A stretch of DNA of 64,000 nucleotides from Cohnella sp. (lineage in GTDB: Bacteria; Bacillota; Bacilli; Paenibacillales; Paenibacillaceae): the NCBI GenBank assembly GCA_028287445.1, contig JAQBPQ010000238.1, positions 1,295-65,294 on the forward strand. The letters are read 5' to 3'. A program made the translations under genes and the position numbers. Shown here in pieces: positions 18,242 to 29,045 of this stretch (the stretch's first letter is position 1; each line of letters starts with the position of its first letter). The notes under the pieces were generated by a model that was not told where the DNA came from, did no database searches, and worked only from the letters and a program-made list of their open reading frames with translations.

Positions 18242-19345
18242 TTGGGAAATAACGGGATTTCACGTGAAACATTGGTGGCTCTGCATGAAACGGAAGGAAT
18301 CGGATGGACGACGATACGAGATTTATGGCATGCGGCCGGTGAGCTGTCTATACGTGAAGGTATGAGGGAAGGCGACCTGCGGGAATGTGGGCTGTCTCAG
18401 AGGCAGGCCGCCGCTCTCGCCCCTAACTTGACACGCGAACGCGCAGACATCCGACTTGCCCGCCGTCGGAGCAGCGGAATCGAAATCGTCACTTTCGCCG
18501 ATCGTGATTATCCCGAACTTCTCCGGGAGGCGCCGGATCCGCCGTGGGTTCTCTATTATATAGGTCAACTGGGGATGGCGTCTCGGCCGGCGATAGCGGT
18601 TGTGGGCACCAGGCTGGCCACCGCATACGGTCGGCACGTGGCGGAGGAATTTTCGGCAGTTTTCGCCGATAGGGGTTTCACGGTCGTCAGCGGTTTGGCA
18701 AGGGGAATCGACACTTGCGCCCATCGCGGTGCGCTGGGCCGTCCCGGAGGCACCATCGCAGTGCTGGGAACACCCGTGGATCGGATCTATCCGCCTGAAA
18801 ACCGCCAATTGTACCATGAGATCGTCAAGAACGGACTGGTCTTGTCCGAGACGCCTCCCGACACTCCGTTTCACCCTCATATTTTCCCCTCCCGCAACCG
18901 GGTCATCGCCGGCCTTTCACTTGGCGTCCTGGTGGTGGAGGCTCCGGAAAACAGCGGAGCGCTGATTACCGTAAGGAAGGCAATAGATGCCGATCGGCAG
19001 GTGTTTGTCGTACCCGGTCCCGTGACATCGCCGAGAAGCCGGGGAGGCCTGCAACTGCTGCGTGAAGGCACGGCCGCGGCTGCGGTGGAGGCAGAGGATG
19101 TGATCCGGCCGTTCCAGTCTTTCGTTGCCCCCGCGGCCAGCGTTCCCGAACGCTCAGCTGCCGATCAGGAGCTCACCAACGACGAACGTTCGGTTTATGA
19201 TCTGCTGCTGGACAACCCCCGCTCGATCGATGAGCTGTTAGCCGACACAGGGATGACATTTGGACTTTTACACGCGGTTCTGCTATCTTTACTAATAAAA
19301 AGAACAATTCACCAGCAACCCGGTTCCGTATATAGTGTCCTCTGA
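18242..19345 (+). CDS. dprA: DNA-processing protein DprA (Smf)
   Basis: IAVVGTR, VVSGLARGID, FPSRNRVIAGLS, SGALIT; upstream of topA; TTG 18242 after AAGGAG (GTG 18233 is an alternative). Confidence 0.95.
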   Translation: MGNNGISRETLVALHETEGIGWTTIRDLWHAAGELSIREGMREGDLRECGLSQRQAAALAPNLTRERADIRLARRRSSGIEIVTFADRDYPELLREAPDPPWVLYYIGQLGMASRPAIAVVGTRLATAYGRHVAEEFSAVFADRGFTVVSGLARGIDTCAHRGALGRPGGTIAVLGTPVDRIYPPENRQLYHEIVKNGLVLSETPPDTPFHPHIFPSRNRVIAGLSLGVLVVEAPENSGALITVRKAIDADRQVFVVPGPVTSPRSRGGLQLLREGTAAAAVEAEDVIRPFQSFVAPAASVPERSAADQELTNDERSVYDLLLDNPRSIDELLADTGMTFGLLHAVLLSLLIKRTIHQQPGSVYSVL

Positions 19346-19402
19346 TTGGCCGTATGATCGATAACGGCGGCCCGGGGACCCGTCGACCGTAGGAGAGGAG
19401 GA

Positions 19403-21505
19403 ATGAATGTGGCGGATTCGCTCGTCATCGTAGAGTCACCGGCCAAGGCCAAGACCATTGGCAAATATTTGGGAAGCAAGTTTATCGTCAAGGCTTCCAT
19501 GGGCCACATTCGCGATTTACCCAAAAGCCAAATAGGCGTGGAGGTCGACAACAATTTCCAACCCAAATACATCACGATCCGCGGCAAAGGCAATGTCCTC
19601 AAGGAATTAAAGGACGCCAGCAAAAAAGTGAAAAAAGTATATCTCGCGTCTGACCCCGACAGGGAAGGCGAAGCGATTGCCTGGCATTTGGCGCACTACC
19701 TGGAGTTGGATGAGAAGGACGCATGCCGCGTCGTTTTTAATGAGATTACAAAACAGGTGGTCAAGGATGCCTTAAAGACTCCCCGTGCCATCGATATGGA
19801 CTTGGTAAATGCCCAGCAGGCGCGCCGCGTGCTAGACCGATTGGTCGGGTACAAAATTAGTCCACTGCTCTGGAAGAAGGTCAAGAAAGGGCTGAGTGCC
19901 GGCCGTGTGCAATCGGTCGCCGTCAAGCTGATCATGGACCGCGAAAATGAAATCAAAGCGTTCGTACCAGAAGAATATTGGAGCATTACGGCACATCTGA
20001 TGAAAGGAAACGCCTCTTTCGAAGCCAAGTTTCATTCTCTGCAAGGCGACAAGAAAGAGCTGAAAAGCGAAGCGGACGTGAAGGAAGTATTGGCGCTCAT
20101 CGAAGGGCGTCCGTTCGAAGTCGGGGAAGTGAAGGAGAAGGAACGTCAGCGTAATCCTTCCCCTCCGTTCATTACCAGCTCGCTGCAGCAGGAAGCGGCG
20201 CGGAAGCTGAATTTCCGGGCGTCCAAAACGATGCAGGTTGCCCAGCAGCTGTACGAAGGCGTCGATCTCGGCAAAGAAGGCACCGTAGGTCTCATCACGT
20301 ACATGCGGACGGATTCTCCGCGAATTTCCCCCATCGCACAAGAAGAAGCCAAAGAATATATAGGGACCAAGTTCGGTGTCAAATATATTCCGGAAACACC
20401 GAGAGTTTATACCCGAAAAAATGCCAACGCCCAAGATGCCCATGAAGGAATCAGACCCACCTCCGTGCTGCGCGAGCCCGAAGCCGTTAAGTCTTATTTG
20501 TCACGCGATCAACTTCGTCTTTATAAGCTGATCTGGGAGCGTTTTGTTGCCAGCCAAATGGCGTCCGCCATACTCGACACGATGTCGGTCGATTTGAACA
20601 ATGGACCAGTGCTGTTTCGTGCGGTAGGTTCCAAGCTGAAATTTCCGGGCTTCATGAAGGTGTACGTGGAAGGAAACGACGACGGTTCCACCGATGAAGA
20701 TCGTTTGCTGCCTCCGATGACAGCGGGTGAAGTCGTGAACACGTCCAACATCGATCCGAAACAGCATTTCACCCAACCGCCTCCGCGATATACCGAGGCA
20801 CGTCTGGTGAGAACGCTGGAAGAACTCGGGATTGGTCGGCCGAGCACCTATGCCCCCACGCTAGAAACGATCCAAAAACGTAATTATGTCGCTATTGAAG
20901 AGAAAAAGTTCGTACCCACGGAACTTGGGGAGCTTGTTATTCAGCTCATGGAGGAATTTTTCCCGGAAATCCTGGACGCGGAGTTCACCGCCCACATGGA
21001 GGGCGATCTCGACAATGTGGAGGAAGGCAAGGAAAACTGGGTCGACGTCATCGGCGAGTTTTACAAATCGTTCGAAAAACGGCTGATCTTCGCGGAAGAC
21101 GAAATGAAAGAAGTCGAAATCCGCGACGAACCTTCGGAAGAAATTTGCGATAAATGCGGCAGCCAGATGGTTTACAAAATGGGCCGGTTCGGTAAATTTT
21201 TGGCCTGTTCCGGTTTTCCGGACTGCCGCAATACGAAGCCGATCGTGAAAGACACCGGAGTGACTTGCCCAACATGCAACCAAGGCCAGATCGTCGAACG
21301 CCGCAGCAAAAAAGGACGACTGTTCTACGGCTGCGACCGGTATCCCGAATGCAATTATGTGTCCTGGGACAAACCGGTGGCTAAGCCATGTCCGGATTGC
21401 GGCGGCATGATGGTGGAAAAGCGGAGCCGCGGCAATGTGATCTGGCACTGCACGGTATGCGGTCATGACGAGAACGCTCCGGACGCGGACGAAAGCGCAG
21501 AATGA
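19403..21505 (+). CDS. topA: DNA topoisomerase I
   Basis: [36 protein letters not shown]-terminal Zn ribbons. Confidence 0.98.
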   Translation: MNVADSLVIVESPAKAKTIGKYLGSKFIVKASMGHIRDLPKSQIGVEVDNNFQPKYITIRGKGNVLKELKDASKKVKKVYLASDPDREGEAIAWHLAHYLELDEKDACRVVFNEITKQVVKDALKTPRAIDMDLVNAQQARRVLDRLVGYKISPLLWKKVKKGLSAGRVQSVAVKLIMDRENEIKAFVPEEYWSITAHLMKGNASFEAKFHSLQGDKKELKSEADVKEVLALIEGRPFEVGEVKEKERQRNPSPPFITSSLQQEAARKLNFRASKTMQVAQQLYEGVDLGKEGTVGLITYMRTDSPRISPIAQEEAKEYIGTKFGVKYIPETPRVYTRKNANAQDAHEGIRPTSVLREPEAVKSYLSRDQLRLYKLIWERFVASQMASAILDTMSVDLNNGPVLFRAVGSKLKFPGFMKVYVEGNDDGSTDEDRLLPPMTAGEVVNTSNIDPKQHFTQPPPRYTEARLVRTLEELGIGRPSTYAPTLETIQKRNYVAIEEKKFVPTELGELVIQLMEEFFPEILDAEFTAHMEGDLDNVEEGKENWVDVIGEFYKSFEKRLIFAEDEMKEVEIRDEPSEEICDKCGSQMVYKMGRFGKFLACSGFPDCRNTKPIVKDTGVTCPTCNQGQIVERRSKKGRLFYGCDRYPECNYVSWDKPVAKPCPDCGGMMVEKRSRGNVIWHCTVCGHDENAPDADESAE

Positions 21506-21592
21506 ACCGGGTCACGGTTCCGCCAACCATGCATCCATACTTTTAACAACGAACATATGCATCAGGAAATACGGCAAGGAGGTGTCGGCCCA

Positions 21593-22933
21593 GTGAACGA
21601 ACGACAATCCGTAACGGTGGTCGGTGCCGGTCTCGCCGGAAGCGAAGCGGCTTGGCAAATCGCTTCCCAAGGCGTACCCGTTACCTTATATGAAATGCGC
21701 CCTGTACGCCGAACGCCGGCTCATCATACGGAACGTTTCGCCGAACTCGTCTGCAGCAATAGTTTGCGCGCCAACGGGCTCACAAACGCCGTTGGTGTGC
21801 TCAAGGAAGAGATGCGCAGGCTGAACTCGCTCATCCTGTCGGCCGCGGATCGTCATGCCGTGCCGGCCGGCGGCGCGCTGGCGGTCGATCGCGAAGGTTT
21901 CTCGGGAGAAGTGACGAGCCGGTTGCGGGAGCATCCGCTGATCACGGTGGTGAATGAAGAGCTGTCCGATATTCCGGCAGACGGCATCACCTTGATTGCC
22001 ACAGGGCCGTTAACATCGCCGGACTTGTCCCAAAAAATCAAGGAGCTTCTCGGAGAAGAGTATTTTTATTTTTTTGACGCTGCCGCTCCCATCGTAGAGA
22101 AAGACTCCATCAATATGGACCGGGTTTTTCTTGCTTCCCGTTACGGCAAAGGCGAAGCCGCCTACCTGAACTGCCCGATGGACGAGAAGGAATTCAATAC
22201 GTTTTATGAAGCTTTGATCACTGCGGAGACGGCGGAGATCAAGGATTTTGAGAAAGAAATGTATTTCGAAGGCTGCATGCCGATTGAAGTGATGGCTAAA
22301 CGAGGGAAGCAGACCGTGCTGTTCGGACCGATGAAACCGGTCGGCTTAATCGACCCCCGTACGGGCGAACAGCCGCACGCCGTTGTTCAGCTCAGGCAGG
22401 ACAATGCCGCCGGTACCCTGTTTAATCTCGTTGGTTTCCAAACTCACCTCAAATGGGGGGAGCAAAAACGGGTATTATCGCTGATTCCCGGGCTCGCGGA
22501 GGCGGAATTCGTCCGCTACGGCGTGATGCACCGCAACACCTTCATCAACTCACCGCGGCTGATGCTTCCGACTTATCAGTTCCGGCGGCGGGAAACGCTA
22601 TTTTTCGCCGGTCAGATGACCGGTGTGGAAGGTTATGTGGAATCCGCCGCTTCCGGGCTCATTGCCGGACTTAATGCCGGGCGATTGGCTCGCGGACTCG
22701 CCCCGTTAACGCTTCCCCCGGAAACGACGCTTGGAAGCATGGCGCAATATATCACCACGGCGGATTTCCGCCACTTTCAGCCGATGAATGCCAATTTCGG
22801 ATTGTTCCCGCCGCTCGGCCGGCGCGTCCGCAGCAAAAAAGAGAAAAACGAATCGATCGCAGACCGGGCGCTGTCGGAGATCGACGCATTCGCCCGCGAT
22901 CTCCGGCCAACCGAGAGCGTTCCTACCGGGTGA
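21593..22933 (+). CDS. trmFO: tRNA (uracil-5)-methyltransferase TrmFO (Gid)
   Basis: [43 protein letters not shown]; GTG 21593 after AAGGAGG. Confidence 0.97.
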   Translation: MNERQSVTVVGAGLAGSEAAWQIASQGVPVTLYEMRPVRRTPAHHTERFAELVCSNSLRANGLTNAVGVLKEEMRRLNSLILSAADRHAVPAGGALAVDREGFSGEVTSRLREHPLITVVNEELSDIPADGITLIATGPLTSPDLSQKIKELLGEEYFYFFDAAAPIVEKDSINMDRVFLASRYGKGEAAYLNCPMDEKEFNTFYEALITAETAEIKDFEKEMYFEGCMPIEVMAKRGKQTVLFGPMKPVGLIDPRTGEQPHAVVQLRQDNAAGTLFNLVGFQTHLKWGEQKRVLSLIPGLAEAEFVRYGVMHRNTFINSPRLMLPTYQFRRRETLFFAGQMTGVEGYVESAASGLIAGLNAGRLARGLAPLTLPPETTLGSMAQYITTADFRHFQPMNANFGLFPPLGRRVRSKKEKNESIADRALSEIDAFARDLRPTESVPTG

Positions 22934-23073
22934 AGCAGTGACAGCGGAATTAACAACGCCGCTGTTTCAGCGTGTTCCGCCTAATCTAGCCATCGGCATT
23001 ATTGCCTGTTATCCAATCCGGCTCTATTCATTCGATGTAATCTGTGTTTGGGCTCACTAAGGAGGGACTACCC

Positions 23074-23622
23074 ATGAATTCGACTGGTCAGTTTCATGCT
23101 ACGACGATATGTGCTGTCCGCCATAACGGCAAAGGTGCCATCGCAGGCGACGGTCAGGTTACGTTCGGCAACAGCATGGTGATGAAACATACGGCCAAGA
23201 AAGTGCGCCGAATATACCGGGGGCAAGTGCTCGCGGGATTCGCCGGTTCCGTGGCGGACGCGATTACCTTGTTCGAGAAATTCGAAGGAAAACTCGAGGA
23301 ACACCATGGCAATCTGCAGCGGGCGGCCGTAGAACTGGCCAAAGATTGGCGCTCCGATCGGGTACTGCGCCGCCTGGAAGCGATGATGATCGTAGTGGAC
23401 GCTTCCGGCATGCTGCTGCTGTCGGGTAACGGCGAAGTCATCGAACCGGACGACGGCATTCTCGCCATCGGCTCCGGAGGCGGCTTCGCACTTGCCGCCG
23501 CACGCGCCCTGAAACAGCATGCGCCGGCGATGGAAGCAAAGGAAATGGCCCGATCCGCGCTGCAGGTCGCCGCGCAAATTTGCGTCTTTACCAATGAAAA
23601 TCTGGTTGTTGAAGAAATCTAA
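23074..23622 (+). CDS. hslV: ATP-dependent protease subunit HslV (ClpQ)
   Basis: [29 protein letters not shown]; ATG 23074. Confidence 0.97.
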   Translation: MNSTGQFHATTICAVRHNGKGAIAGDGQVTFGNSMVMKHTAKKVRRIYRGQVLAGFAGSVADAITLFEKFEGKLEEHHGNLQRAAVELAKDWRSDRVLRRLEAMMIVVDASGMLLLSGNGEVIEPDDGILAIGSGGGFALAAARALKQHAPAMEAKEMARSALQVAAQICVFTNENLVVEEI

Positions 23623-23628
23623 CTCTCT

Positions 23629-23686
23629 CCCCAAAAAGTGAAGAACGCCCTCGAGGTTTACTCCGACTACTTTTTGGAGGCCCCGG
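23629..23686 (-). repeat. Dispersed structured intergenic repeat, copy C
   Basis: Reverse complement CCGGGGCCTCCAAAAAGTAGTCGGAGTAAACCTCGAGGGCGTTCTTCACTTTTTGGGG. Confidence 0.8.
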
Positions 23687-23718
23687 TGAAAGTAAGTTTT
23701 TCGAGGAGGAAACCGAAT

Positions 23719-25113
23719 ATGAGCGAGCAGATGACGCCCCGCCAAATCGTGGCGGAGCTGGACAAATATATTGTAGGTCAGAAATCGGCTAAGCGCTCGG
23801 TCGCAGTGGCGCTTCGTAACCGGTTCCGCAGAAGCCGCCTGCCGGAAGAGCTTCGCGATGAAGTGGTACCCAAAAACATTTTGATGATCGGACCGACAGG
23901 GGTCGGCAAGACGGAAATCGCCCGGCGGCTCGCCAAGCTTGTGCACGCTCCTTTCATGAAAATCGAAGCGACCAAATTTACAGAAGTCGGGTACGTGGGG
24001 CGCGACGTCGAATCCATGATCCGCGATTTGGTAGAGACATCGATTCGCATGGTGAAGGAAGAACGGACGGAAAAAGTCCGGGACAAGGCGGAACAGGCGG
24101 CTGTTGATCGGCTTGCGGCGCTGCTTGTGCCTTCACCCGTCAAGCCCAAGTCTCAGCGTAATCCGCTCGAAATGTTGTTCGGCGGAGGAGGCAACGGCGC
24201 AAACGAAGAAGCTGAGGCGCCCGATCCGACGATCCAGGACAGACGCCGGGAAGCAAAGGCCAAGCTTGAGGCGGGCGAACTCGAAAACGAATTCGTTGAA
24301 GTCGATGTGGAAGACGCCGTTCCTCCGATGATGGATATGTTTACCGGCCCCGGACAGGAGCAGATGGGCCAGAACATGCAGGAGATGCTTGGCCAGTTCC
24401 TCCCCAAGCGCCGCAAAAAAAGGCGTTTAACCGTTCGGGACGCGCGCAAGGTATTGATTCAGGAAGAAGCGAACCGGCTGATCGATATGGACGATGTCGT
24501 GTCGGAATCGATTCGCCGCGCGGAGCAGTCGGGCATCATTTTTATCGACGAAATCGACAAAATCGCAAGTCAAGGTCGCGGGCAGGGTCCCGACGTTTCG
24601 CGGGAAGGCGTACAGCGCGACATTTTGCCGATCGTCGAAGGATCGACGGTGATGACCAAATACGGCCCCGTCAAAACCGATTATATCCTTTTCGTGGCTG
24701 CCGGAGCTTTCCATATCGCCAAACCGTCCGATCTCATTCCCGAGCTGCAAGGCCGATTTCCGATCCGTGTCGAGCTGAGTAGTTTGACCGATGAAGATTT
24801 TATTCGGATCCTGACGGAGCCGCAGAACGCGCTCACCAAGCAATATTCCGCACTGCTCGAAACAGAGGGCATCCGGGTCACATTCACCGACACGGCCATC
24901 GCCGAAATCGCCCGGATGGCGCAGGAAGTAAACCGAAATACGGAAAACATCGGAGCCCGCCGGCTGCATACGCTTCTGGAGAAACTGCTGGAGGATTTGT
25001 CTTTTGAGGCTCCCGAGCTTCAATTGGAAGAGATGACTATCACACCGGAATATGTACGGGAGAAACTGGCTACGATTGCAAGCAATCGCGATTTGAGCCA
25101 ATATATTTTGTAA
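23719..25113 (+). CDS. hslU: ATP-dependent protease ATPase subunit HslU (ClpY)
   Basis: [43 protein letters not shown]; ATG 23719 after GAGGAGG. Confidence 0.97.
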   Translation: MSEQMTPRQIVAELDKYIVGQKSAKRSVAVALRNRFRRSRLPEELRDEVVPKNILMIGPTGVGKTEIARRLAKLVHAPFMKIEATKFTEVGYVGRDVESMIRDLVETSIRMVKEERTEKVRDKAEQAAVDRLAALLVPSPVKPKSQRNPLEMLFGGGGNGANEEAEAPDPTIQDRRREAKAKLEAGELENEFVEVDVEDAVPPMMDMFTGPGQEQMGQNMQEMLGQFLPKRRKKRRLTVRDARKVLIQEEANRLIDMDDVVSESIRRAEQSGIIFIDEIDKIASQGRGQGPDVSREGVQRDILPIVEGSTVMTKYGPVKTDYILFVAAGAFHIAKPSDLIPELQGRFPIRVELSSLTDEDFIRILTEPQNALTKQYSALLETEGIRVTFTDTAIAEIARMAQEVNRNTENIGARRLHTLLEKLLEDLSFEAPELQLEEMTITPEYVREKLATIASNRDLSQYIL

Positions 25114-25154
25114 AAGCTTGCCGCCTTGAGTCGTACTAGGAGGATCAGAATATC

Positions 25155-25922
25155 ATGACGTTGCTGGAAAAGACCCGGACGCTCAACAAATTGCTTCAGA
25201 AAGCGGCGGGCAAACCTCTCAACTTCCGCGAAATGGCGGAGGTACTGCGGGAAACTGTTCAGGCGGAGGTGCTTGTCGTGAGCCGCAGAGGAAAAGTGCT
25301 GGGCAGCGCGCTGTCCCCGAACTTTTCCGACATTTGGCTGCGTATGGAACATCCGGAGGAATTGAGATTTCCGCAGGAAACGAACGATCGTTTTTTGAAA
25401 CTCGGAGAAACGGCTGTAAGCATATCTAAGGATGAGACGCTAGTATCCGTGCGATCGGCCTTTGAAGGCCGATTCGTTACGATAGTCCCGGTTATTGGAG
25501 GAGGAGATCGTCTCGGAACCGTTATTCTATCCGGGGAAAAACCTTCATTGGGCGATGACGATCTGATTTTGGCAGAGTACGGGTCTACATTGATCGGAAT
25601 GGAGATCTTGCGCGAGCGGGCGGAGGAGCGGGAGACGGAAGCGAGGAACAAAGCAGTCGTTTCCGTAGCCGTTCATTCCCTTTCCTTCAGCGAATTGGAA
25701 GCCGTGGAACAAATCTTCGAAGAACTCGCAGGAAAAGAAGGGCTCCTGGTCGCTTCCAAAATCGCCGACCGTGCCGGAATCACTCGATCCGTCATTGTGA
25801 ATGCGCTGCGTAAGCTCGAAAGTGCGGGTGTCATCGAAACACGGTCGCTTGGGATGAAAGGCACCTATATCCGGATTCTGAATACACAGCTGATCCAACA
25901 ACTTGAGCAACGCAAAAATTGA
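25155..25922 (+). CDS. codY: GTP/BCAA-sensing regulator CodY
   Basis: LLEKTR, IGGGDRLGT, ASKIADRAGITRSVIVNALRKLESAGVIETRSLGMKGT. Confidence 0.97.
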   Translation: MTLLEKTRTLNKLLQKAAGKPLNFREMAEVLRETVQAEVLVVSRRGKVLGSALSPNFSDIWLRMEHPEELRFPQETNDRFLKLGETAVSISKDETLVSVRSAFEGRFVTIVPVIGGGDRLGTVILSGEKPSLGDDDLILAEYGSTLIGMEILRERAEERETEARNKAVVSVAVHSLSFSELEAVEQIFEELAGKEGLLVASKIADRAGITRSVIVNALRKLESAGVIETRSLGMKGTYIRILNTQLIQQLEQRKN

Positions 25923-25952
25923 ACCAGCGACCCACCCTCCTATCAATGGAGT

Positions 25953-25988
25953 AAGCCCGATCTTCCACTCGAAGATTAGGGCTTTTTT
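25953..25988 (+). terminator. Intrinsic terminator after codY
   Basis: AAGCCCGATCTTC...GAAGATTAGGGCTTTTTT. Confidence 0.7.
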
Positions 25989-26082
25989 CTTATTGTTTTC
26001 ATGGTTGGGGTCGGAGATGATAGTCTAAGAGATTTCTAATGTGACAATTTATGGGGTGTTTTTGCGGAAAACGCGAAACTTC

Positions 26083-26089
26083 TGTCGAA
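26083..26089 (+). promoter_or_regulatory. Possible Spo0A box upstream of the fla/che operon
   Basis: Exact TGTCGAA about 100 bp before flgB; a single 7-mer is weak evidence. Confidence 0.3.
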
Positions 26090-26182
26090 TTAGGCAGGAT
26101 AATGACTGTATACGTGGAAGTAGAAAGAGTAGAGTAATGAGTAAATTTTCATTTTTGTGAGGGAAGGAAGGTCCGCCATCCG

Positions 26183-26596
26183 ATGGACGTTTTAAACGGT
26201 GCCTCGTTTCAACGGCTCGAGGGCGCAATTCATGCGGCTTCTATGCGACAGCAAGTATTGGCCAATAACATCGCCAATGTGGACGTACCTTACTTCAAAA
26301 GATCAGATGTTGCGTTCGAGGAGTTCCTATCGCAAGCCATGGGCCAAGACGGCTTGAAGACCTTGTCCGGCCGCAGAACGGACAGCCGCCACATTCCGAT
26401 CGGAGCTTCTTCTCCGAATGCGGCAGCCCAAGTTGTCACCGATGAAACCTCGGTTATCAACAACAACCAGAATAATGTGGACATCGACAAAGAGATGTCG
26501 CTTATGGCGGAAAACCAGTTGAGATATAACCTGTTCATTCAACAGATCAACCATGAAGTGAAAATGATGCGCACCGGAATCGAAGGGAGAGGGTAA
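26183..26596 (+). CDS. flgB: Flagellar basal-body rod protein FlgB
   Basis: RQQVLANNIANVDVP, NNVDIDKEM; first gene of fla/che after codY. Confidence 0.95.
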   Translation: MDVLNGASFQRLEGAIHAASMRQQVLANNIANVDVPYFKRSDVAFEEFLSQAMGQDGLKTLSGRRTDSRHIPIGASSPNAAAQVVTDETSVINNNQNNVDIDKEMSLMAENQLRYNLFIQQINHEVKMMRTGIEGRG

Positions 26597-26599
26597 AAA

Positions 26600-27043
26600 A
26601 TGAGACTGGGCGGATTCGACATCAGCGCTTCTGCTTTAACCTCGCAGCGTCTGCGTATGGACGTCATTTCTGCCAATATCGCCAACGCCGAGACGACGCG
26701 AGCCGGCTTCGTGAACGGCAAATTCGTCCCCTACCGTCGAAAAGAAGTGGTCATGGCTCCTGTGCAGTCTCATTTTCACAACATGCTCAACGACAAATTA
26801 GACGCATCTGCGGCTCAAGGAGTTCAAGTCACGTCCATTAAGGAAGATTCCACGCCTTTCAAACAGGTTTACAATCCTTCCCATCCCGATGCTGACGCGA
26901 ACGGCATGGTCTCTATGCCCAATGTGGACGTACTCAAGGAAATGGTGGATATGATTTCTGCGTCTCGTTCTTACGAAGCGAACGTCACGGCGTTAAACGC
27001 AAGCAAGGCAATGTTCATGAAGTCGTTGGAAATCGGTCGCTGA
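26600..27043 (+). CDS. flgC: Flagellar basal-body rod protein FlgC
   Basis: RMDVISANIANAETTR, PSHPDAD, EMVDMISASRSYEAN. Confidence 0.96.
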   Translation: MRLGGFDISASALTSQRLRMDVISANIANAETTRAGFVNGKFVPYRRKEVVMAPVQSHFHNMLNDKLDASAAQGVQVTSIKEDSTPFKQVYNPSHPDADANGMVSMPNVDVLKEMVDMISASRSYEANVTALNASKAMFMKSLEIGR

Positions 27044-27086
27044 TCGCCATAAGCAAGACATTTTAGGATGAAAGCGGGGGATCCTC

Positions 27087-27389
27087 ATGATAAACACCAC
27101 AATGCTTGCACCGGTCCAATTGATACAGAACGCAGCACAGGTGGAGAAAAAGGCGACACCTGCAGAAGCGACGGAAAGCTTTGCTTCGTTTCTGAAAACC
27201 GCGATCGACGGAGTGGCCGCGCAGGAGCAGGACGTACATAAAGTCAACGATCAATTCATTATCGGGCAGGCGGACGTGAACGACGTCTTAATCGCGTCCT
27301 CCAAAGCGGAGCTTAGCCTTTCTTTGACCTCTCAAGTCCGCAACAAGGTCGTAGAGGCTTACCAGGAAATCATGCGGATGCAGATCTGA
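27087..27389 (+). CDS. fliE: Flagellar hook-basal body protein FliE
   Basis: QVRNKVVEAYQEIMRMQI. Confidence 0.95.
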   Translation: MINTTMLAPVQLIQNAAQVEKKATPAEATESFASFLKTAIDGVAAQEQDVHKVNDQFIIGQADVNDVLIASSKAELSLSLTSQVRNKVVEAYQEIMRMQI

Positions 27390-27465
27390 TCACAGCTTAT
27401 TGACAGCCAATTATCAACCGTGAGCCCTGGGCTCCGGTTGATTTAACCGCAGGTGAGGTGACATT

Positions 27466-29034
27466 GTGAACGAGAAGTGGGCACAGGTTCGGGACAAGCT
27501 GAAGGGCTTCTGGAACCAATTTAGCAAGACACAAAAATGGGTGCTCGCCTCGACGGCGGTATTTTTATTGCTTGCCGTGATTCTATTGACTTCGTGGTTT
27601 ACCAGAACCCAATTCGAGCTGGCGTTTCAGAATCTCGACAGTACCGACGCTGCAGCCATTATTCAATACTTGGACGGGCAAGGAATCAAGTATCAATTGA
27701 GCCGGGACGGAGCCAGCATCTCGGTGCCAAGCGCTTCCGCTTCGCGAGTGAAGGTGGATGTGGGATCCCAAGGGCTCGTACAAAACGGTTCCATCGGATT
27801 CGCCGAGATGAGCAAGTCTACTTCTTCTATCGGCTCGACGGACCAAGAATTTCAGGTCAAATTGCGGAATGCCCTAAACGGTGAAGTTCAGCAGTTGCTC
27901 ACCAGTATGCAGGGAGTACAACGGGCTAAAGTGCTCGTCAATCTCCCTCAACAATCGGTATTTGTCAGTGACGCCGGCAAAGAACGGGCGACGGTGTCCG
28001 TCGTGATGACGTTTAAGCCCGGCTACCGTCCGAAGCAAGAGGAAATCGACAGCTATTATAATCTCGTAAAAACGGCCGTCCCGAATCTTCAGATTGAGGA
28101 TATCACCATTACGAGCACAACCGCGGGAGAACTTGCGCCCTCGGGCAAAATCGGCGGCTCTGGCGCATCCGGCGGAGTGGTCCAATCTCAGTTCGAAGTT
28201 ACGCATCAATACGAAGCAGACCTTAAGAGGAACATACAACAGTTTCTTAACCCAATCGTCGGTACGGAAAACATGGTCATTAGTGTCGTTTCTTCTTTGA
28301 ATTTCGACAAGAAGACGAGCAAGGCCGACAGTGTTGCTCCTCTCCCCAACAACGACAACAAAGGAATCATCATCAGCGAGCAGCACACTGCTGAGACTTC
28401 GAATGGACAAAACGGTCAAGCTGGAGGAGTTGCAGGCGCCGGACAAACCGATGTTACCAATTATCCCGGCGGTTCGAATTCCTCCACGTCTACATCGGAT
28501 AAAACCTCGGATATCATTAACTATGAACCGAGCCGGCTCACGGAAGAGACTGTGAATGCTCCTTACAAGGTCAAAGACCTCGCCATAAGCGTCGGGGTGG
28601 ACGCCAAGGTTATGAATCCGCAACGCCAGGCTCAAATCACCCAAATGCTGATCAGCAACCTCCGCACGCTATTGGCGGACTCCGGTCAGACTTTGACCAA
28701 CCAAGATTTGGCCCAACGGGTATCCGTCTTGTCTCAGACATTCGACGGAAACAACACTCCATCTTCCGGAATGACCGTTTCGGCTTATTGGCTGGCAGGG
28801 CTTGGCGTACTGGCGGTTGCTTTGCTCGGCGGCGTGGGTTACTTCTTCTATCGGCGCCGCAAATCCGCACAAGAAGCGGCGCTCGCCGAGGAAGCCCAGC
28901 GCGTGGAATTGCCGACGATCGACATCGACAACGTAACGAATGAAAGTCAGGTCCGCAAACAGCTTGAAAGTCTGGCCAAACGCAAACCAGATGAATTCGT
29001 CAATCTTCTGCGGACTTGGCTGGTGGATGAATAG
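27466..29034 (+). CDS. fliF: Flagellar MS-ring protein FliF
   Basis: Two TM segments, large periplasmic-type domain, C-terminal KPDEFVNLLRTWLVDE. Confidence 0.95.
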   Translation: MNEKWAQVRDKLKGFWNQFSKTQKWVLASTAVFLLLAVILLTSWFTRTQFELAFQNLDSTDAAAIIQYLDGQGIKYQLSRDGASISVPSASASRVKVDVGSQGLVQNGSIGFAEMSKSTSSIGSTDQEFQVKLRNALNGEVQQLLTSMQGVQRAKVLVNLPQQSVFVSDAGKERATVSVVMTFKPGYRPKQEEIDSYYNLVKTAVPNLQIEDITITSTTAGELAPSGKIGGSGASGGVVQSQFEVTHQYEADLKRNIQQFLNPIVGTENMVISVVSSLNFDKKTSKADSVAPLPNNDNKGIIISEQHTAETSNGQNGQAGGVAGAGQTDVTNYPGGSNSSTSTSDKTSDIINYEPSRLTEETVNAPYKVKDLAISVGVDAKVMNPQRQAQITQMLISNLRTLLADSGQTLTNQDLAQRVSVLSQTFDGNNTPSSGMTVSAYWLAGLGVLAVALLGGVGYFFYRRRKSAQEAALAEEAQRVELPTIDIDNVTNESQVRKQLESLAKRKPDEFVNLLRTWLVDE

Positions 29035-29045
29035 AGGTGGCAGTT

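Noticed and set aside
18190-18242. Possible promoter or leaderless start for dprA (TTGACC at 18190, TATAAT at 18220, GTG at 18233)
   Set aside because: The -35/-10 spacing is 24 bp, and an SD with TTG at 18242 explains the start; not resolvable without TSS data.
23638-23718. N-terminal extension of HslU in the ORF track
   Set aside because: The GTG lies inside repeat copy C; ATG 23719 has a strong SD and gives the canonical N-terminus.
26140-26160. CodY box before flgB (AAATTTTCATTTTTG)
   Set aside because: Only the left half matches AATTTTCWGAAAATT in an AT-rich region.
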